Source: Octopus vulgaris
Taxonomy: Eukaryota
Length of the DNA: 64,000 bases
Reading direction: 5' to 3'
Assembly (NCBI GenBank): GCA_951406725.2
Contig: OX597839.1
Span: forward strand, 37,262,001 to 37,326,000
Translations under genes and position numbers: made by a program
The notes under the pieces: model-generated
Databases searched by the model: none
The model's input: the letters and a program-made list of their open reading frames with translations, nothing else
What the model was told of the DNA's origin: nothing
Shown: in pieces, positions 11,518-24,210 of the stretch
Position numbering within the stretch: the first letter of the stretch is position 1
Layout of the letters: the number at the start of each line of letters is the position of its first letter

Positions 11518-12768
11518 CTGTGGGTAATATGGAAGCATAAGGTATCGTACAGGGTTCAGCAAGTGCATTAGTCACATAAAAGGGAGTGTTGGGTAGCTTG
11601 TAGGTGCATAAGACATTACACTTAGTACACATGTATAGCTAGTATATCGGGAACATGGGGATGTACTGGGTACCTATGGGGTGCATAAGACATTATGCTT
11701 AGTACCCAGAAATGGGCAATGCATAAGGAATTTAAAGAGGTGTACAGAGTACCTTGTGGTGGTGGTGGTGAGGATGATGGGGGTAGGAGGAGGAGGGGGA
11801 GGAGGAGGAGGAGTGGAAGGAGGAGGAGGAGGGGGTAGGAGGAGGCGGAGGAGGAGCTATTGCTGCAATTCTGCAGTTGGTTTCCATATCGGTATGGGTC
11901 AGATAGAATATCATGATCTTCTAAGCCAGTTCTTGTTTGGAATTACTGCTCTCCTACATAGTCTGTGGACAACATCTTGTTCGCAACTCATCTTCCATCA
12001 ACTTCCTGTGTTACTCCATTTACCCTGCTTCACTCCCCCGACCGCCCTCCACTGAACTGATATTCCTTTACATCCAACTCATTCCCTATTTCTAATCATC
12101 TCTCACACTATTCTCACACATCCATCTTTTCTTCTCCTCTCTTCTATTCCCTTTCTTACATTTACCTTGTGCCTTAACCTCATCCCTCTTTCTCTCTCTT
12201 TCCAGATGGACAAGCCATGCATTCACCCCTTCAGCAAGACACCCTAATTCTGCCCCTCTATCATAGTCACTTACCCCTCACTTCTATACCCAACTCAACT
12301 GAGGTGGGGGTCTTGTCTTGTGGGTATTTAATTATTTCTTTACTACCCACAAGGGGCTAAACAAGGTCAGATATCGACCCCAGTGCGTAACTGGTACTTA
12401 ATTTATCGACCCCGAAAGGATGAAAGGCAAAGTTGACCTCGGCGGAATCTGAACTCAGAACGTAATGGCAGACAAAATACAACTACGCATTTCGCCCAGC
12501 GTGCTAACGTTTCTGCCAGCTCGTGGGTATTTAATGACCTCATAAGTACTGGTGCCACGTAAAAAGCACCCAGCACACTCTGTTAAGTGGTTGGCATTAG
12601 GAAGGGCATCCAGCCATAGAAACCATGCCAAAACAGACATTAGAATTTGACACGGCCCTTTGGCGTGTCTCTTCATGTTGGATGGTCCAGACTTACACTA
12701 GCATGAGAAGGGTAAAAGGGATGGATGGATTGATGATGGTGGTGATGATGATTCTAACAGTAACAAAC

Positions 12769-13153
12769 CTGTATTTGTTGATAAAGTTGTGGTGGTGTTG
12801 ATGCTGCTATCGTTGTTGTTGTTGTTTGGTGGTAATGTGTCAACTTTCTCAACATGATCAGTAACGACAATTTCATCTTCTTTCTCAGAGTCGGAGGATA
12901 TGACGATCAACGTAGGACATTCTTCAGAAGGCGTAACTGTCGTTGTCGTTGTCGTTGTTGTTGTCATTGACGTTGCCTTGGTTACAGCAGACAGAGAAAC
13001 AGCCCCTGTTAAGACCTCACTTTTAGTTGAGATGTTGGTTTTACATTTCGTTTCCTGATTAGATTCTTGAGACAAGTTGTCTGAGCTGGAGAAGAAGAGA
13101 TCATCAGAACTTCCACTGTGGACAATCTTTAGCTCAGGGGGACCACTTCTCTC
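12769..13153 (-). CDS. REV1: REV1 exon 5, S/T-rich linker
   Basis: 385-nt open frame (overlaps ORF 12698-13075) with TAG acceptor and GTTTGT donor. Phase 0 to 1 exactly bridges exons 4 and 6. No conserved motif. Confidence 0.72.
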
Positions 13154-14502
13154 CTAGTTTAATTAAAGAAATTAATGACAGAGACTGTAATTTTAAATGA
13201 ACAAATAATGATATTTATTAAGGAAAAACATCAAGAGGTTTAGATACTCTTCCTGTCACCAAACCTCACTTATTTCCAAGCAAGGTGTTATTTCCCCATG
13301 ACCAGACACGTTTCCATGGTAGATTGCAAATGAAGAGTGCTACATGTGACGGTGACACTTGGTTACAAATATCACATCAAGATGAAGAAGGCAGTGAGCT
13401 GGCAGAATCGTTAGTATGCTTAGCAGCATTTTGTCTGTCTCTATGTTCTGAGTTCAAATTCCGCCGAGGTTGACTTTGCCTTTTATCCTTTCAGGCTCAA
13501 TAAAATAAGTACCAGTTCATCATTGGGGTTAATTGAATTGACTAGGAACTTTTCACAAAACTGCTGGCCTTGTGCCAAAATTAGAAACCAATATCAAGAT
13601 GAGGAGTCTCACATCATTATTTAACGTCTGTTTTCCATGCTGGCATAGGTCGGACAGTTTGACATGGAGCTTTCAGACGGGGGTGCTGTCCGGACTCCAG
13701 TTGTCTGTTGTAGCATGGTTTCTATGGTTAGATGCCTTTCCTAATGCCAACCACTTTACAGAGTGTACTGAGTGGTTTTTACACACACACACACACATGC
13801 ATATCTATCTACCTCATAACCCATGGCCTCAGTCCACTTATGCATAGCTTTCCTTCTTGGGACACAAAACTCTACTTATGAAGACTTGTTGAGGCAAGTG
13901 AAAATCAAAATCAAAATCGATCAGCATCAATGGAAATTGTATCTGTGATACCAGTGCCGGTGGCACATAAGAGAACCATCCAACGTGGCCGCTGCCAGTG
14001 CTGACCCGACTGGCTTCCGTGCCGGTGGCTCGTTAAAAGCACCGACCGATCGTGGCCGGTACCAGACTCCCCTGTGCTGGTGGCACGTAAAAAGCACCCA
14101 CTACACTCACGGAGTGGTTGGCATTAGGAAGAGCATCCAGCCGTAGAAACACTGCCAGATAAGACTGGAGCCTGGTGCAGCCTCTTGGCTTCCCAGACCC
14201 CGGTCAAACCGTCCAACCCATGCTAGCGCAGAAAACAGACGTTAATGATGATGATGATATATATATATATATATATATACGATGAGCTTCTTCCAGTTTC
14301 TATCTACCAAATCTGGTAGGCTTCTTTTTGTGTCCATCTACCAAATCCACTCACAAGGTTTTAGTTGGCCCAGGGCTATAGAAGAAAACATTCGCCCAGG
14401 GTGCCATGCACTGGAACCAAACCCAAGACGGTTGGGAAGTAGGGGTCTCCACCACAGAGCCATGGCTGCACCTTAATGCCAGAGCTTATTACTTACTTTT
14501 AC

Positions 14503-14713
14503 CTCAGTGTTGTTGTTGTTGTTGTTGCTGGATGGTGTTGATGTTGTTTCTGTCAGATGAGAGTCCCTAGAAGCCTCCAAATGAGTTGGTCCCTCTTTCG
14601 ATGCCTCAGCTTTGGGGAGAGAAGTGGAAAACTGTGCAATTCCTCTTTGCATCTTGGACTGAGCTGAGTAGAGCAGAAATGGTTGGCATGGTAGCAATCT
14701 TTCAGCTTCAATA
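14503..14713 (-). CDS. REV1: REV1 exon 4 (SIEAERLLPCQPFLLYSAQS...); the donor could instead give an exon boundary at 14497
   Basis: CAG acceptor at 14716-14714. Encodes the BRCT C-terminal helix, then a low-complexity linker. Two in-frame GT donors 6 nt apart. Confidence 0.85.
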
Positions 14714-14746
14714 CTGTAGAAATAACAAGATAACCATAACATCAGC

Positions 14747-14781
<35 letters not shown>

Positions 14782-15420
14782 TGATGATGATGATGAATAA
14801 TAAGAGCATTATCGCTGTGAAAACAACATCTATCCATGAATTTATTTATTTATTAATTTTTAAAAACATATTTTATCTGTGAATTTGCGTGTGTAATCTG
14901 GGAATGCATACAATAAGCTTCTCTGCCCTAGGTGTATGGAAAACACTCGGAGAGAAACGGAAGAAAATTTGAAGAAAGAAGGAAAAAACATAATAATAAT
15001 AATAATAATCATTGTCATCGTTTAATGTCCATTTTCCATGCTGGCATGAGTTGGACGGTTTGACTGAGGACTGGCAAGCCAGGATGCTGCACCAGGCTCC
15101 AATGTGATCTGGCAAGGTTTCTACAGCTGGATGCCCTTCCTAATGCCAACCACTCCAAGAGTGTGGTGGGTGCTTTTTACATGCCACCAGCATGGGACCA
15201 GTTAGGTAACAGGAAGGACATAGTAATCCTGCCTCAATAAACTCTGCCCAACCTATGTAAACATGGAAATTTATTTTATTTTATTTTATTTTATCTAGTT
15301 TCAGCTCACGAGCTGTGGCCATGCTGGGGCACCGCCAAATGTGAACATTAAAACAATGACGATGACTGTAGCTGTTCCAGTTACAATCAGTTACAATTGA
15401 AACAGAAATAGCAGGGTTAC

Positions 15421-15589
15421 CTCTTCAGTATCCAGTCAGGGTGAACAACTTTGTAATTCCTGAGGGCAGCAATCTTGCTTTGAGCTAAATTGGTTGTAAT
15501 TATGTGCGTAACATTCTTCTTGCTCAGGTACATCTCCCAATGTCCTCCATGGATCATCATCAGTCGTTTCAGCTCATCACTGCTTGGTT
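15421..15589 (-). CDS. REV1: REV1 exon 3, BRCT core (PSSDELKRLMMIHGG...THIITTNL...HPDWIL)
   Basis: 169 nt, phase 1 to 2. BRCT GG, THII and W motifs. Confidence 0.96.
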
Positions 15590-16129
15590 CTGCCAATACA
15601 AACACATTTCACTCATCACTTGGTAACAATTACACAATACTTCTTTGTATACAATGCTTTTGCTGTTGTTGTTTAGCCCAAGGTCAATCCAGCCCCAGCA
15701 GACCTATGAGTAAAAGTGTTTCAGCTGTCACCCATCCCATCTTTTGTTCAGACATGGTGTATCTAGGATTACATTATCTTAAGTGTTGTTTAAGCCTAGA
15801 TTAGCTTTGATCAAACAAACCTATGTTCAAAGATGTTCCAGTCATGACCAATCCATCTTTTGTTCAGACACCATGTTGCTGTCTTTAACCCAGATCAGCC
15901 CTGATCCAGCAAACCTATGATTAAAATGTTCCAGCCATGACCATCTCATCTTTTGTTCTGACATACTACATCTAGAGTTACATCATCACATCAATCAAAA
16001 AAGGGAAATAATAACAATTAGGATAATTTGGATTTTTCTCAGATTAATGAAGTGAAATAATATTAAAAAAAAAACACATTAAAAAATTTTTTTAAATAAG
16101 CATAGGAGAAAGAAGTTGAGAAGACTTAC

Positions 16130-16262
16130 TTGTATAACCATTAATGTATATTGTTACATCTTTGAAGATATCTGAACAATGGCTTGTCTTCTGTAACTCA
16201 CTAAAGGCAACGGACTGGAATTGGTCATTCAATTTCTTCTTCTTGGCATTCATATAACCACC
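16130..16262 (-). CDS. REV1: REV1 exon 2 (GGYMNAKKKKLNDQF...IFKDVTIYINGYT), start of BRCT domain
   Basis: AG/GTAAG boundaries, 133 nt. Conserved GGYM-AK-KL-QF and IF-V-I-INGYT motifs. Confidence 0.95.
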
Positions 16263-17654
16263 CTACAACAGATGATGGGGTACACATATACACGCACACA
16301 TTACATACGATCAACATCATCATTTAACAGTTTTCCATGTTTGCATAGATAGACAGAATTTGTTGAGGTGGATTTTCTTCAACTGGATGCTCTTCCAGTT
16401 GCCAACCCTCACCTGTTTCCAAGCAACAGTAAAGAAAAATATCGTGTTAGTTGTCGGAGCACTGCATTCTTCAAAACTTCCATGCTTTCTGAGATTCGCC
16501 AACACTACACCTGATTTCCTCCCCTCCATACACACACAAGCATGTAGCTGACTCATACATTGTTCGCTTTCCAGACATTTGTACATTACTGCATGTACTT
16601 TATATGCACTTTCTGACAAGTTGTGGTGCACCTGAGCACTGTATACAATAATTTCATTATTATTATTTGTCTTGACATTACATGATGGTTGTAAATAAAC
16701 ATCATTGTCATACAAGCAAAATTGTTTGCTCCCAGTCTTCCATGAAAAACACATCCAGCTATGGCAAAATACTACCTTACTTGGAAACAGTTAAGGGTTG
16801 GCGACAGGAAGGGCATCATCAGGCCGTAGAAAATTTGCCTCCACAAATTTCATCCGACTCTTGTGAGCATGGAAAAGTGGATGTTAAATGATGATGATGG
16901 CGAATATATGTGTGTGTGTGTGTGTTAATTACAAGGATAACGAACACGAGTGTCTTATAGCAGTTGTTCAAGTTGTCAAAATAATACAACGTGTGTTCAG
17001 TACTGTCCTATTTCATTTACTGAAAGTCTCCAAAATAATTTCGTTTTGTTTTAGGGATTAAAATGTAAAAAAAAGTTCCTCAAATTCTTGTGTTTTCAAC
17101 AAGGAAGATTATGATTATGTCCGAATATAAATAAACTTTTCAAATTTATTGTTTTCCTTGCCTTTAATTTTCGTCTTTCTCCATTTTCGAAAAACTTTTT
17201 TTCTTCTTTATTTTATATAGCAAAACTTCAAATGTTGATCGTTTACGATAATTTCCACTTTTAATTTGTGGTGATGAACCGAATGTATATTACGTTTTTG
17301 AATTAGTAAAAGGAAACATAATTAAAAATAAAAAAGACAGTAAACAGCTAACGCTAATTAATTTTTTATTAAAAAACAAAATTTTTAAAGAAATTTTGAA
17401 CAGATTCCGAAAATCTGAAGACATGAATTTTTCTATGTGTAATATTTAAAAAATAGATAAAAGGACAACCCCTCCTCCTTTAAACGATTATGGTTGCAGT
17501 TTATTTAAAACTTATGAGAGACAGAACTTAGGCCCAAAGCCAAAGCCTGACACTGTGGGACAGGGGACTTGTCAATTACACCCGACCTCAGTACATGACT
17601 GGTACTTATTTTAGCAACAAGGAAAGACAAAGTCTACCTCGGCAGAATTTAGAA

Positions 17655-18095
17655 ATAATAATAATAATAATTAATTCTTTTTATTGGCCACAAGGGCTGA
17701 CACACATGATTGGTAAACATAAAGGGACAAAACAGGACGAAAGGTTACAAAGGGTTTTGTCCGTTTGTGAAAAAAATCGAGTAAAAACTATATAACAACG
17801 AAAAACTCCCAAAAGGGGGAGGCGTTACGAAAGGTTCCTGGTGGAAAAAAACCCATAAAAGCCAACGGGAGCCTGGTCAAAAAGGGGGGTAGAGAGTCCC
17901 TTTTCTCCTTTTATATTACCAATTTGAATCACAGGCGAAACCTGAGAACTGGTCCATTTATACTGGCCATTCTCGCACAATTCACCCACCTTTCATAAAA
18001 CTTGCTATCGGACAGCACTCTCCTCTCTAACCTCATCTTCCTTTTCAAGTGAAACTTGAAAAAGTTGATGAGGCCTTGACCAAAGAGGAAAGTAG
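17655..18095 (-). mobile_element. LINE 3' end (L1/Tx1-like) in REV1 intron 1
   Basis: ORF end GQGLINFFKFHLKRKMRLERRVLSDSKFYERW...*, 3' UTR, AATAAA and ATT-rich tail. Related tail at ~2218-2320. Clade assignment is tentative. Confidence 0.5.
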
Positions 18096-18141
18096 AAGAA
18101 GAAGAAGAAGTTCATTTAATAATAATAATAATAATCCTTAC

Positions 18142-18246
18142 GTGTTTTCCCCAACCGTCAGCATCGTTCACAGATTTCCTGTCTTGAAGCCAGAATCGGG
18201 TTTTCCCCCGTCGTTTGGCTAAATTCTTGCCTCTGTTGCTGGCCAT
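18142..18246 (-). CDS. REV1: REV1 coding exon 1 (MASNRGKNLAKRRGKTRFWLQDRKSVNDADGWGKH)
   Basis: ATG at 18246-18244, 105 nt, GTAAG donor. Joins exon 2 to give DGWGKH|GGYMNAK, resembling the REV1 N-terminal DGWxxxGGYMxAK motif. Confidence 0.85.
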
Positions 18247-18549
18247 CTTTATCACACGATCATCGATCACCAACAAAAATCAAACAGTCCAGCTTCATCT
18301 CCACAAATATTGCAACATTTCTATTTACAGATGAATTTTCAAGACGAAGTTTCTGTTTGTTGTGTAGAACCGGTGTTGTTCATAGTTTTCCCCGGTGTAA
18401 ATATCTTGCAAGTTCCTCATTTTTTAAAATACTCGTCTGATTTTGTTCACCTATATGCTTCCCGCTCTACCTTTTCGCATAATATTTGATTTTTTTTTAT
18501 ATAGATATTTTCTTCGGGAATTTATGGAGCTATCAGTTTCTTTACAATA

Positions 18550-18986
18550 CTGGGCAATCTTTCGTCTCTAGTAGACCTTTCCGTCGATTTCCGTAAAAAA
18601 TTTTTTTTTTTTACATATGGGCTTGCGGGAACTTTTGAAGTAATGAGAGCGAAAGAGACTAAGAGAAAGCGATTTTATGACGAGGGAAGTTCTTTTGAAG
18701 TTACCGTGCATGGGAGCATTGATGGACATGTGTGTGTGCGTGCGTGTGTGTGTGTTTGATGGGGTGTGCGAGACAGACAGTATGTTGTGTAAGTGAAGTG
18801 CTTCTGTTAGTGTGTGTGAAGAGACAGAGTAATGTGTGAAAGAGAGAGATCACTGAATTTTTTTACTCGGTGTATGTGTATATGTATGTATATTACTTCA
18901 AAAGTTCCCGCAAGCCCATATGTAAAAAAAAAAATTTTTTTACGGAAATCGACGGAAAGGTCTACTAGAGACGAAAGATCGCCCAA
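18550..18986. mobile_element. Tc1/mariner-type MITE with ~95-bp TIRs upstream of REV1
   Basis: 18550-18644 is a near-perfect reverse complement of 18892-18986; TA on both flanks. Confidence 0.85.
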
Positions 18987-19974
18987 TACTGAATGCCGAG
19001 TACGTTTGTTCTTTAAATACTTTCATTATTGGGCACGTTTATTCTTTAATACATGCATACAAGCGTAGTAACCGTCAAAAACGACGGTTTATGACAAGAT
19101 TTGAACTCATAATGTAAAGAACTAGAACAAATACCACAAGGTATCTTTTTCCTATGTTCTAACAAATTCTACCAGCTCACCACTTGAGAAAACAATAGCA
19201 TTCATGAAAACGAAGAAAATAATATGAAAAACAACAAAAATGGACTTCTACACTATCTGTCCACTAAATTCACTCACAAGGCATTGGCCCAGGGCTACAG
19301 TAGAAAAAAACCCTCGCCCAACAAGCCACACGGTGGGATTGAACCTGAAACCATATGGTTGCAAAGCGAGTTTCTTAACCACACATTTATGCCTGTACCT
19401 GAATATTAACTAAATTCAAATTTTTTTCTTTCTGAAAATATATTTTTAATTGGTGGTTGATTTTTTTATTTTGCATTTAGAATCAAGAAAACAAGAGATT
19501 TTGTGTGTCCGTGTGTCTTATTAAATGCTACAAAACTTAGTCCAGTGCAAGGGAGACAACTATTGTTGATTTAAAACTAATCAAAATTGTTATTAAAAAT
19601 AAGTTTACAACAAGAAAAGAAGAAAAAATAGTAAATATATAAAAGATGAAATTATCTGTTTCTTTACTACCCACAAGGGGCTAAACACAGAGAGGACAGA
19701 CAAACGGATTAAGTTGATTATATCGACTCCAGTGCGTAACTGGTACTTATTTAATCGACCCTGAAAGGATGAAAGGCAAAGTTGACCTCGGCGAAATTTG
19801 AACTCAGAACGTAACGGCAGACGAAATACGGCTACGCATTTCGCCCGGCGTGCTAACGGTTCAGCCAACTCGCTGCCTAGATAAAATTATCGAGAGAAAA
19901 ACCCGATATCTGCCTCACTAAGGAAACAAAGAGAAAAAAAGGGAGGGGATTAAGCAGCAGATGGTGGGAGGAGG

Positions 19975-20400
19975 GTAACGGGTTGTATACCCCCAGAAGA
20001 AATGATGGGTTCAACCGCACCTCGCGAACATATTTGCAAAGGCATTGCCGTGCAAAATGATCGGCGACACTCCCTGCAATACCCACCCGTACCTCGCGGA
20101 GCTCATTTCTCGGACGGGTTCGTTATCCCGATTTTGCAGAGGAAATCGGCAGAATGGGGGTCTGAGAACACGAGGACACAAACTGATCGCAACCAGTGAG
20201 GCTCCTGTATTTGTTGATCTTTCTCTCATCTGCGTTACGGGCGGCGATATCCGGGTTTGGAGCTGATGCGGCGAGGTTGAAACCGGAGAACATGTCGCAG
20301 CACGTCGCGTCTCAGATTGGGGATCTGCTTCCGTCGGGGCCGCTCCTCGTCCCCGCAGTTATAGACCTACTGGCTCCAGCTGTCACAGGAAGCTAGCCGC
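19975..20400 (-). mobile_element. Decayed CRE-like non-LTR retrotransposon, restriction-like endonuclease region
   Basis: Across frameshifts reads LEPVGL..GDEERPDG..*DATCCDMFS..AA.NADERKINKY..ILHGNA, matching the EP-GL/RPDG/WDATC/K--KY/RGNA pattern of CRE-type RLE domains. Confidence 0.75.
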
Positions 20401-20580
20401 GTCAAAATGCATTCTAATTATATCATTCGGAGACATAATTGGTTTAAAATGCCTCTCAGAACAGCCACCTTAAATATTGTTTACAGTTTAATTCTTCCAA
20501 TTTCAATTGAATAAATAAACATTTTGAGTACACACACACACACACACATATATATATATCCAATTAGGTTGTCTCTCTTA

Positions 20581-21075
20581 TAATAATATAATAATAATGA
20601 AATTATTGTATACAGTGCTCAGGTGCACCACAACTTGTCAGAAAGTGCATATAAAGTACATGCAGTAATGTCAGAAAGTGCATATAAAGTACATGCAGTA
20701 CTGTAGAAATGTCTGGAAAGCGAACAATGTATGAGTCAGATACATGCTTGCGTGTGTATGGAGGGGAGAAAATCAAGTGTAGTGTTGGCGAATCTCAGGA
20801 AGCATGGAAGTTTTGAAGGATGCACTGCTCCAACAACTAACAACTGATGCAGTTTGTTCCATGCTTCAGCAACTCTCAGCGTGAAAAAATGTTTCCTAAA
20901 GTCACGGGAGCTGTGCTGTTTTCTGACTTTGTAAATATGTCCACGGGTGTTAGATGGGTGGAGTTTGAAGAGGTGCTCAGAGTTATTGTTTGTAAGATGG
21001 TTGATAATTTTATGGGTGTCTGCCAGACGTCGGAGTTTCTTGCCCTGTCAATGGTATCATTACAACCATACTGCT
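20581..21075 (-). mobile_element. CR1-like LINE 3' end with (ATT)n tail
   Basis: TRGHIYKVRKQHSSRDFRKHFFTLRVAEAWNKL motif. A second copy of the 3' UTR lies at ~16445-16667 (+). Confidence 0.8.
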
Positions 21076-21286
21076 AGTATCCCTTAGCCTCCCTAACTCG
21101 TGCACCCTCAGCCCTTACAAATATCGCCAACCTCCTTCCCACATCCTTATAACTTTCCCTACACACTCTCCTAAATGTGAGTAGCCATGTAGCTCCTCTA
21201 CTATACGATCCAGCTCTACCCCAATCTCTTCCCTCGTATCTTAATATATGCTACGAAATATTTTCATAGCACTTTTTTGATGGCCG

Positions 21287-21347
21287 GATAACTGAAGAGA
21301 TGGCGGTGTGGGTTTCCGCCCCGACATCTGAAACTCGGAGTTTTATC
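21287..21347 (+). ncRNA. Type I hammerhead ribozyme motif (family with copies at 8503-8564 + and 22575-22635 -)
   Basis: GATAA-CTGAAGA-[13-position stem II, 2 mismatches]-T-GAAACT(cgg)AGT-T-TTATC. Confidence 0.7.
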
Positions 21348-21976
21348 ATAGCTACTGAATAATTGTCACACACACATATATATATATATATATTTCTTTA
21401 TTACCCACAAGGGACTAAACAGAAGGGACAAACAAGGACAGAAAAAGGGATTAAGTCGATTACATCGACCCGGTGCGAAACTGGTACTTTATTTATCAAC
21501 CCCAAGAGGATGAAAGGCAAAGTTGACCTCGGCAGAATTTGAACTCAGAACGTAATGACAGACGAAATACCGCTAAGCATTTCGCCCGGCGTGCTAACAA
21601 TTCTGCCAGCTTGCCACCTTATATATATATATATATCATACTTACTGTCTTCACAAGTCACTTAATCTGAGATGGAGTGTAATGAGAATAAAATAATGGC
21701 ATAATGAAAGGAAAAATAATTTCAACCATCTACAAACACATGAGGAAACTGTTTCTTTCACATAATTTATTTATTAATAATAAATAACACAGTCCATATT
21801 GAAGTGGCAAAAACTTTCTGCACACTTAAACCAAACACATTCAGTGGAATTGTGTCAAAGACCGACCAGGTTTACAGAAGTGTGCCAAAATTTATGAGCA
21901 CTTCAACTGTACAAAATGTTCTTAAGTAACTGCAATGTTTCCTCCTTCTATGATGTAATTCTTATACACACACACA

Positions 21977-22359
21977 TCTTTATATATAAAAGTGAAGTTG
22001 TGTGTCTGTCTCCTACGATTTAGATTCCTAACTACTCCCACATTTTGCATGCAGTGTAACCAAAAGCGGGTATCTTATAGTCGTGATTCATATCGAGCCC
22101 TTCTGGGTATTAGCGCGCGTCTACGATGAGTCTATGATTTAAAAAAAAATTTCCCATCTTTTAATGCATTTTTTTTGCTATTATATAAGGGAAGTAACTC
22201 TCTAAAAATGTATTATTAAATCTCAGAACGTAAAAAGCTACAGTAACACCCCCCTTTGTGGTTAACCATATTGAGATGGCTATTATACTTTACATCTCTA
22301 AAAATGCTTATATAGTTATTTCCCTTACAAACCCGAGCAACGCCGGGCGATACTGCTAG
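21977..22359 (+). mobile_element. Non-autonomous Helitron-like element
   Basis: A|TC...CTAG|T ends, same subterminal hairpin as 14-383. Confidence 0.75.
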
Positions 22360-23654
22360 TATATACATATATTTAGAATTAATATAAACAGCAGGTTGTA
22401 ATGTTTCACCAAAAGAGAGAATGATAATTGTCACTAAATGTGACTGGGCTGTTCAGAAACACCTACATTGCTAGAAATAGAAGCTAAGAGGCTCTAAGGC
22501 TGTAGTTAACATAGGAGTGAAAACATTTATGCGAACAGGGACATGAATCATCCCAAAAATGCTGATCGAGAATTCATAAGATTCCAAGTTTCGGATGCTG
22601 AGGTGGAAACCCACGTCGGTATCTCTTCAGTTACCATGCCATCGAAAGAATGCTGGAGCATTTCCTAAACCAGGCTGGGTGTTGTGTTCATGAGAAAAAC
22701 ACTTAATTTCATATGGCTCCTCTCCATTCAGCTGCAGATCGGTGATTCTGCGATGGAATCACCTTCCAATCAAAGGGGATGTTGGGCCTGCTCACCTAGC
22801 CAGTGGGAGGGCATCAGTCGAAATTCACCCCAGTATTTTTTTTTTATTAAAGCCTAGTATTTATTCTATCAGTATCTTTTGCTGAACCTCTAAGTTATAG
22901 AGACATAAACAAATCATCATTCTTTGTCAAACGGTGGTAAGGGACAAACACACACACACACACACATGTGCAACCATTAATCCAGATACATCTGTCTTCT
23001 CTCCATCTGTTTTCCTCTCCTCATTCCTTCCTGCAGAAGAGCATACGCTTGAAATATCAAAGACTCATCCATTTTTACCAAGCACCAAACCAATATGCCT
23101 TGTTTGTTGTAACCTTACCTGTCTCTGACTTTTGTACAGTTTCAACACAGATGTGTGTGTGTGTGTGTGTACATACAATGGTTTCCTTCAGTTTCTAACT
23201 GCCAAATCCATCCACAAGGCCTAAAGTGACTGGGAAACAAATCCGTACCACAGAGCAATACCTGCTGCACTTGTACACATCATTTAATAAACATGAGATT
23301 TTTATGTGAGCTACTTTAAGTTTCATGTTACAACAGCACAGTCACCTGACAAGCTTACATAGTATGCCACGCTATACACACTCGTCCAACGACTTACTGT
23401 ACTATCTGATCATCAGACTTACAATAGCTCGCATACAAGTGTTGTGTTTATTAACAGATATTTATCTCTTGCTTAATGCACTGGAAAAGTACATTATATA
23501 TTTTCAATTACAAGTGTAAAAAAAACAAAAAAAACAACAATCAATATTAGGATTATTATCATCTTTATTTATTAATGAGATTTTTTTAACAATTGTTAAA
23601 TGAATCAATTCATACATATATTGTTGTTGTTGTTGTTAGTTTTGCTGTTGCTGC

Positions 23655-23687
<33 letters not shown>

Positions 23688-24169
23688 CATTATTGATATC
23701 GTTGTAGCTGTTCCTCAACTAATGCAAATATCTCGATGCTGTTAGGTAATTAATTCTCTATGGGACCACCAATGTCATTAATTACTGCCAGTTCTTCAAC
23801 AGACCACCACCAACACCACCACCACCACCATCACAATTAGAACCCTCCACACACACACACACACACATCCCCTCCTATCTGCCACTACCAGATCACACAC
23901 ACCTGCACATACATAAGCAGACACATCCTATCTCGCATTTCCCACCAGCACAAGAATCCACACACACACACCCTACTTCTCACCTACACCACCACCAACA
24001 TAATAAACTGAACTGTGTCTCTTCGTTCAAGGTATTAAACTAATTACTATTGTAGTGTCTAATTAGTAACCATTCATACATATATATAATATAAATACAA
24101 ATATATATATATGTATTTATGTGTGTGTATGCATGTATATATATGTGTGTGTGTGTATCTATCTATCTA

Positions 24170-24210
<41 letters not shown>

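Noticed and set aside
19934-20440. Possible Pol III ncRNA (7SK, RNase P/MRP or telomerase RNA): GC-rich, TATA-like upstream, T7 downstream
   Set aside because: No telomeric template and no complete P4 or 7SK GAUC hairpin; better explained by CRE-like endonuclease motifs.
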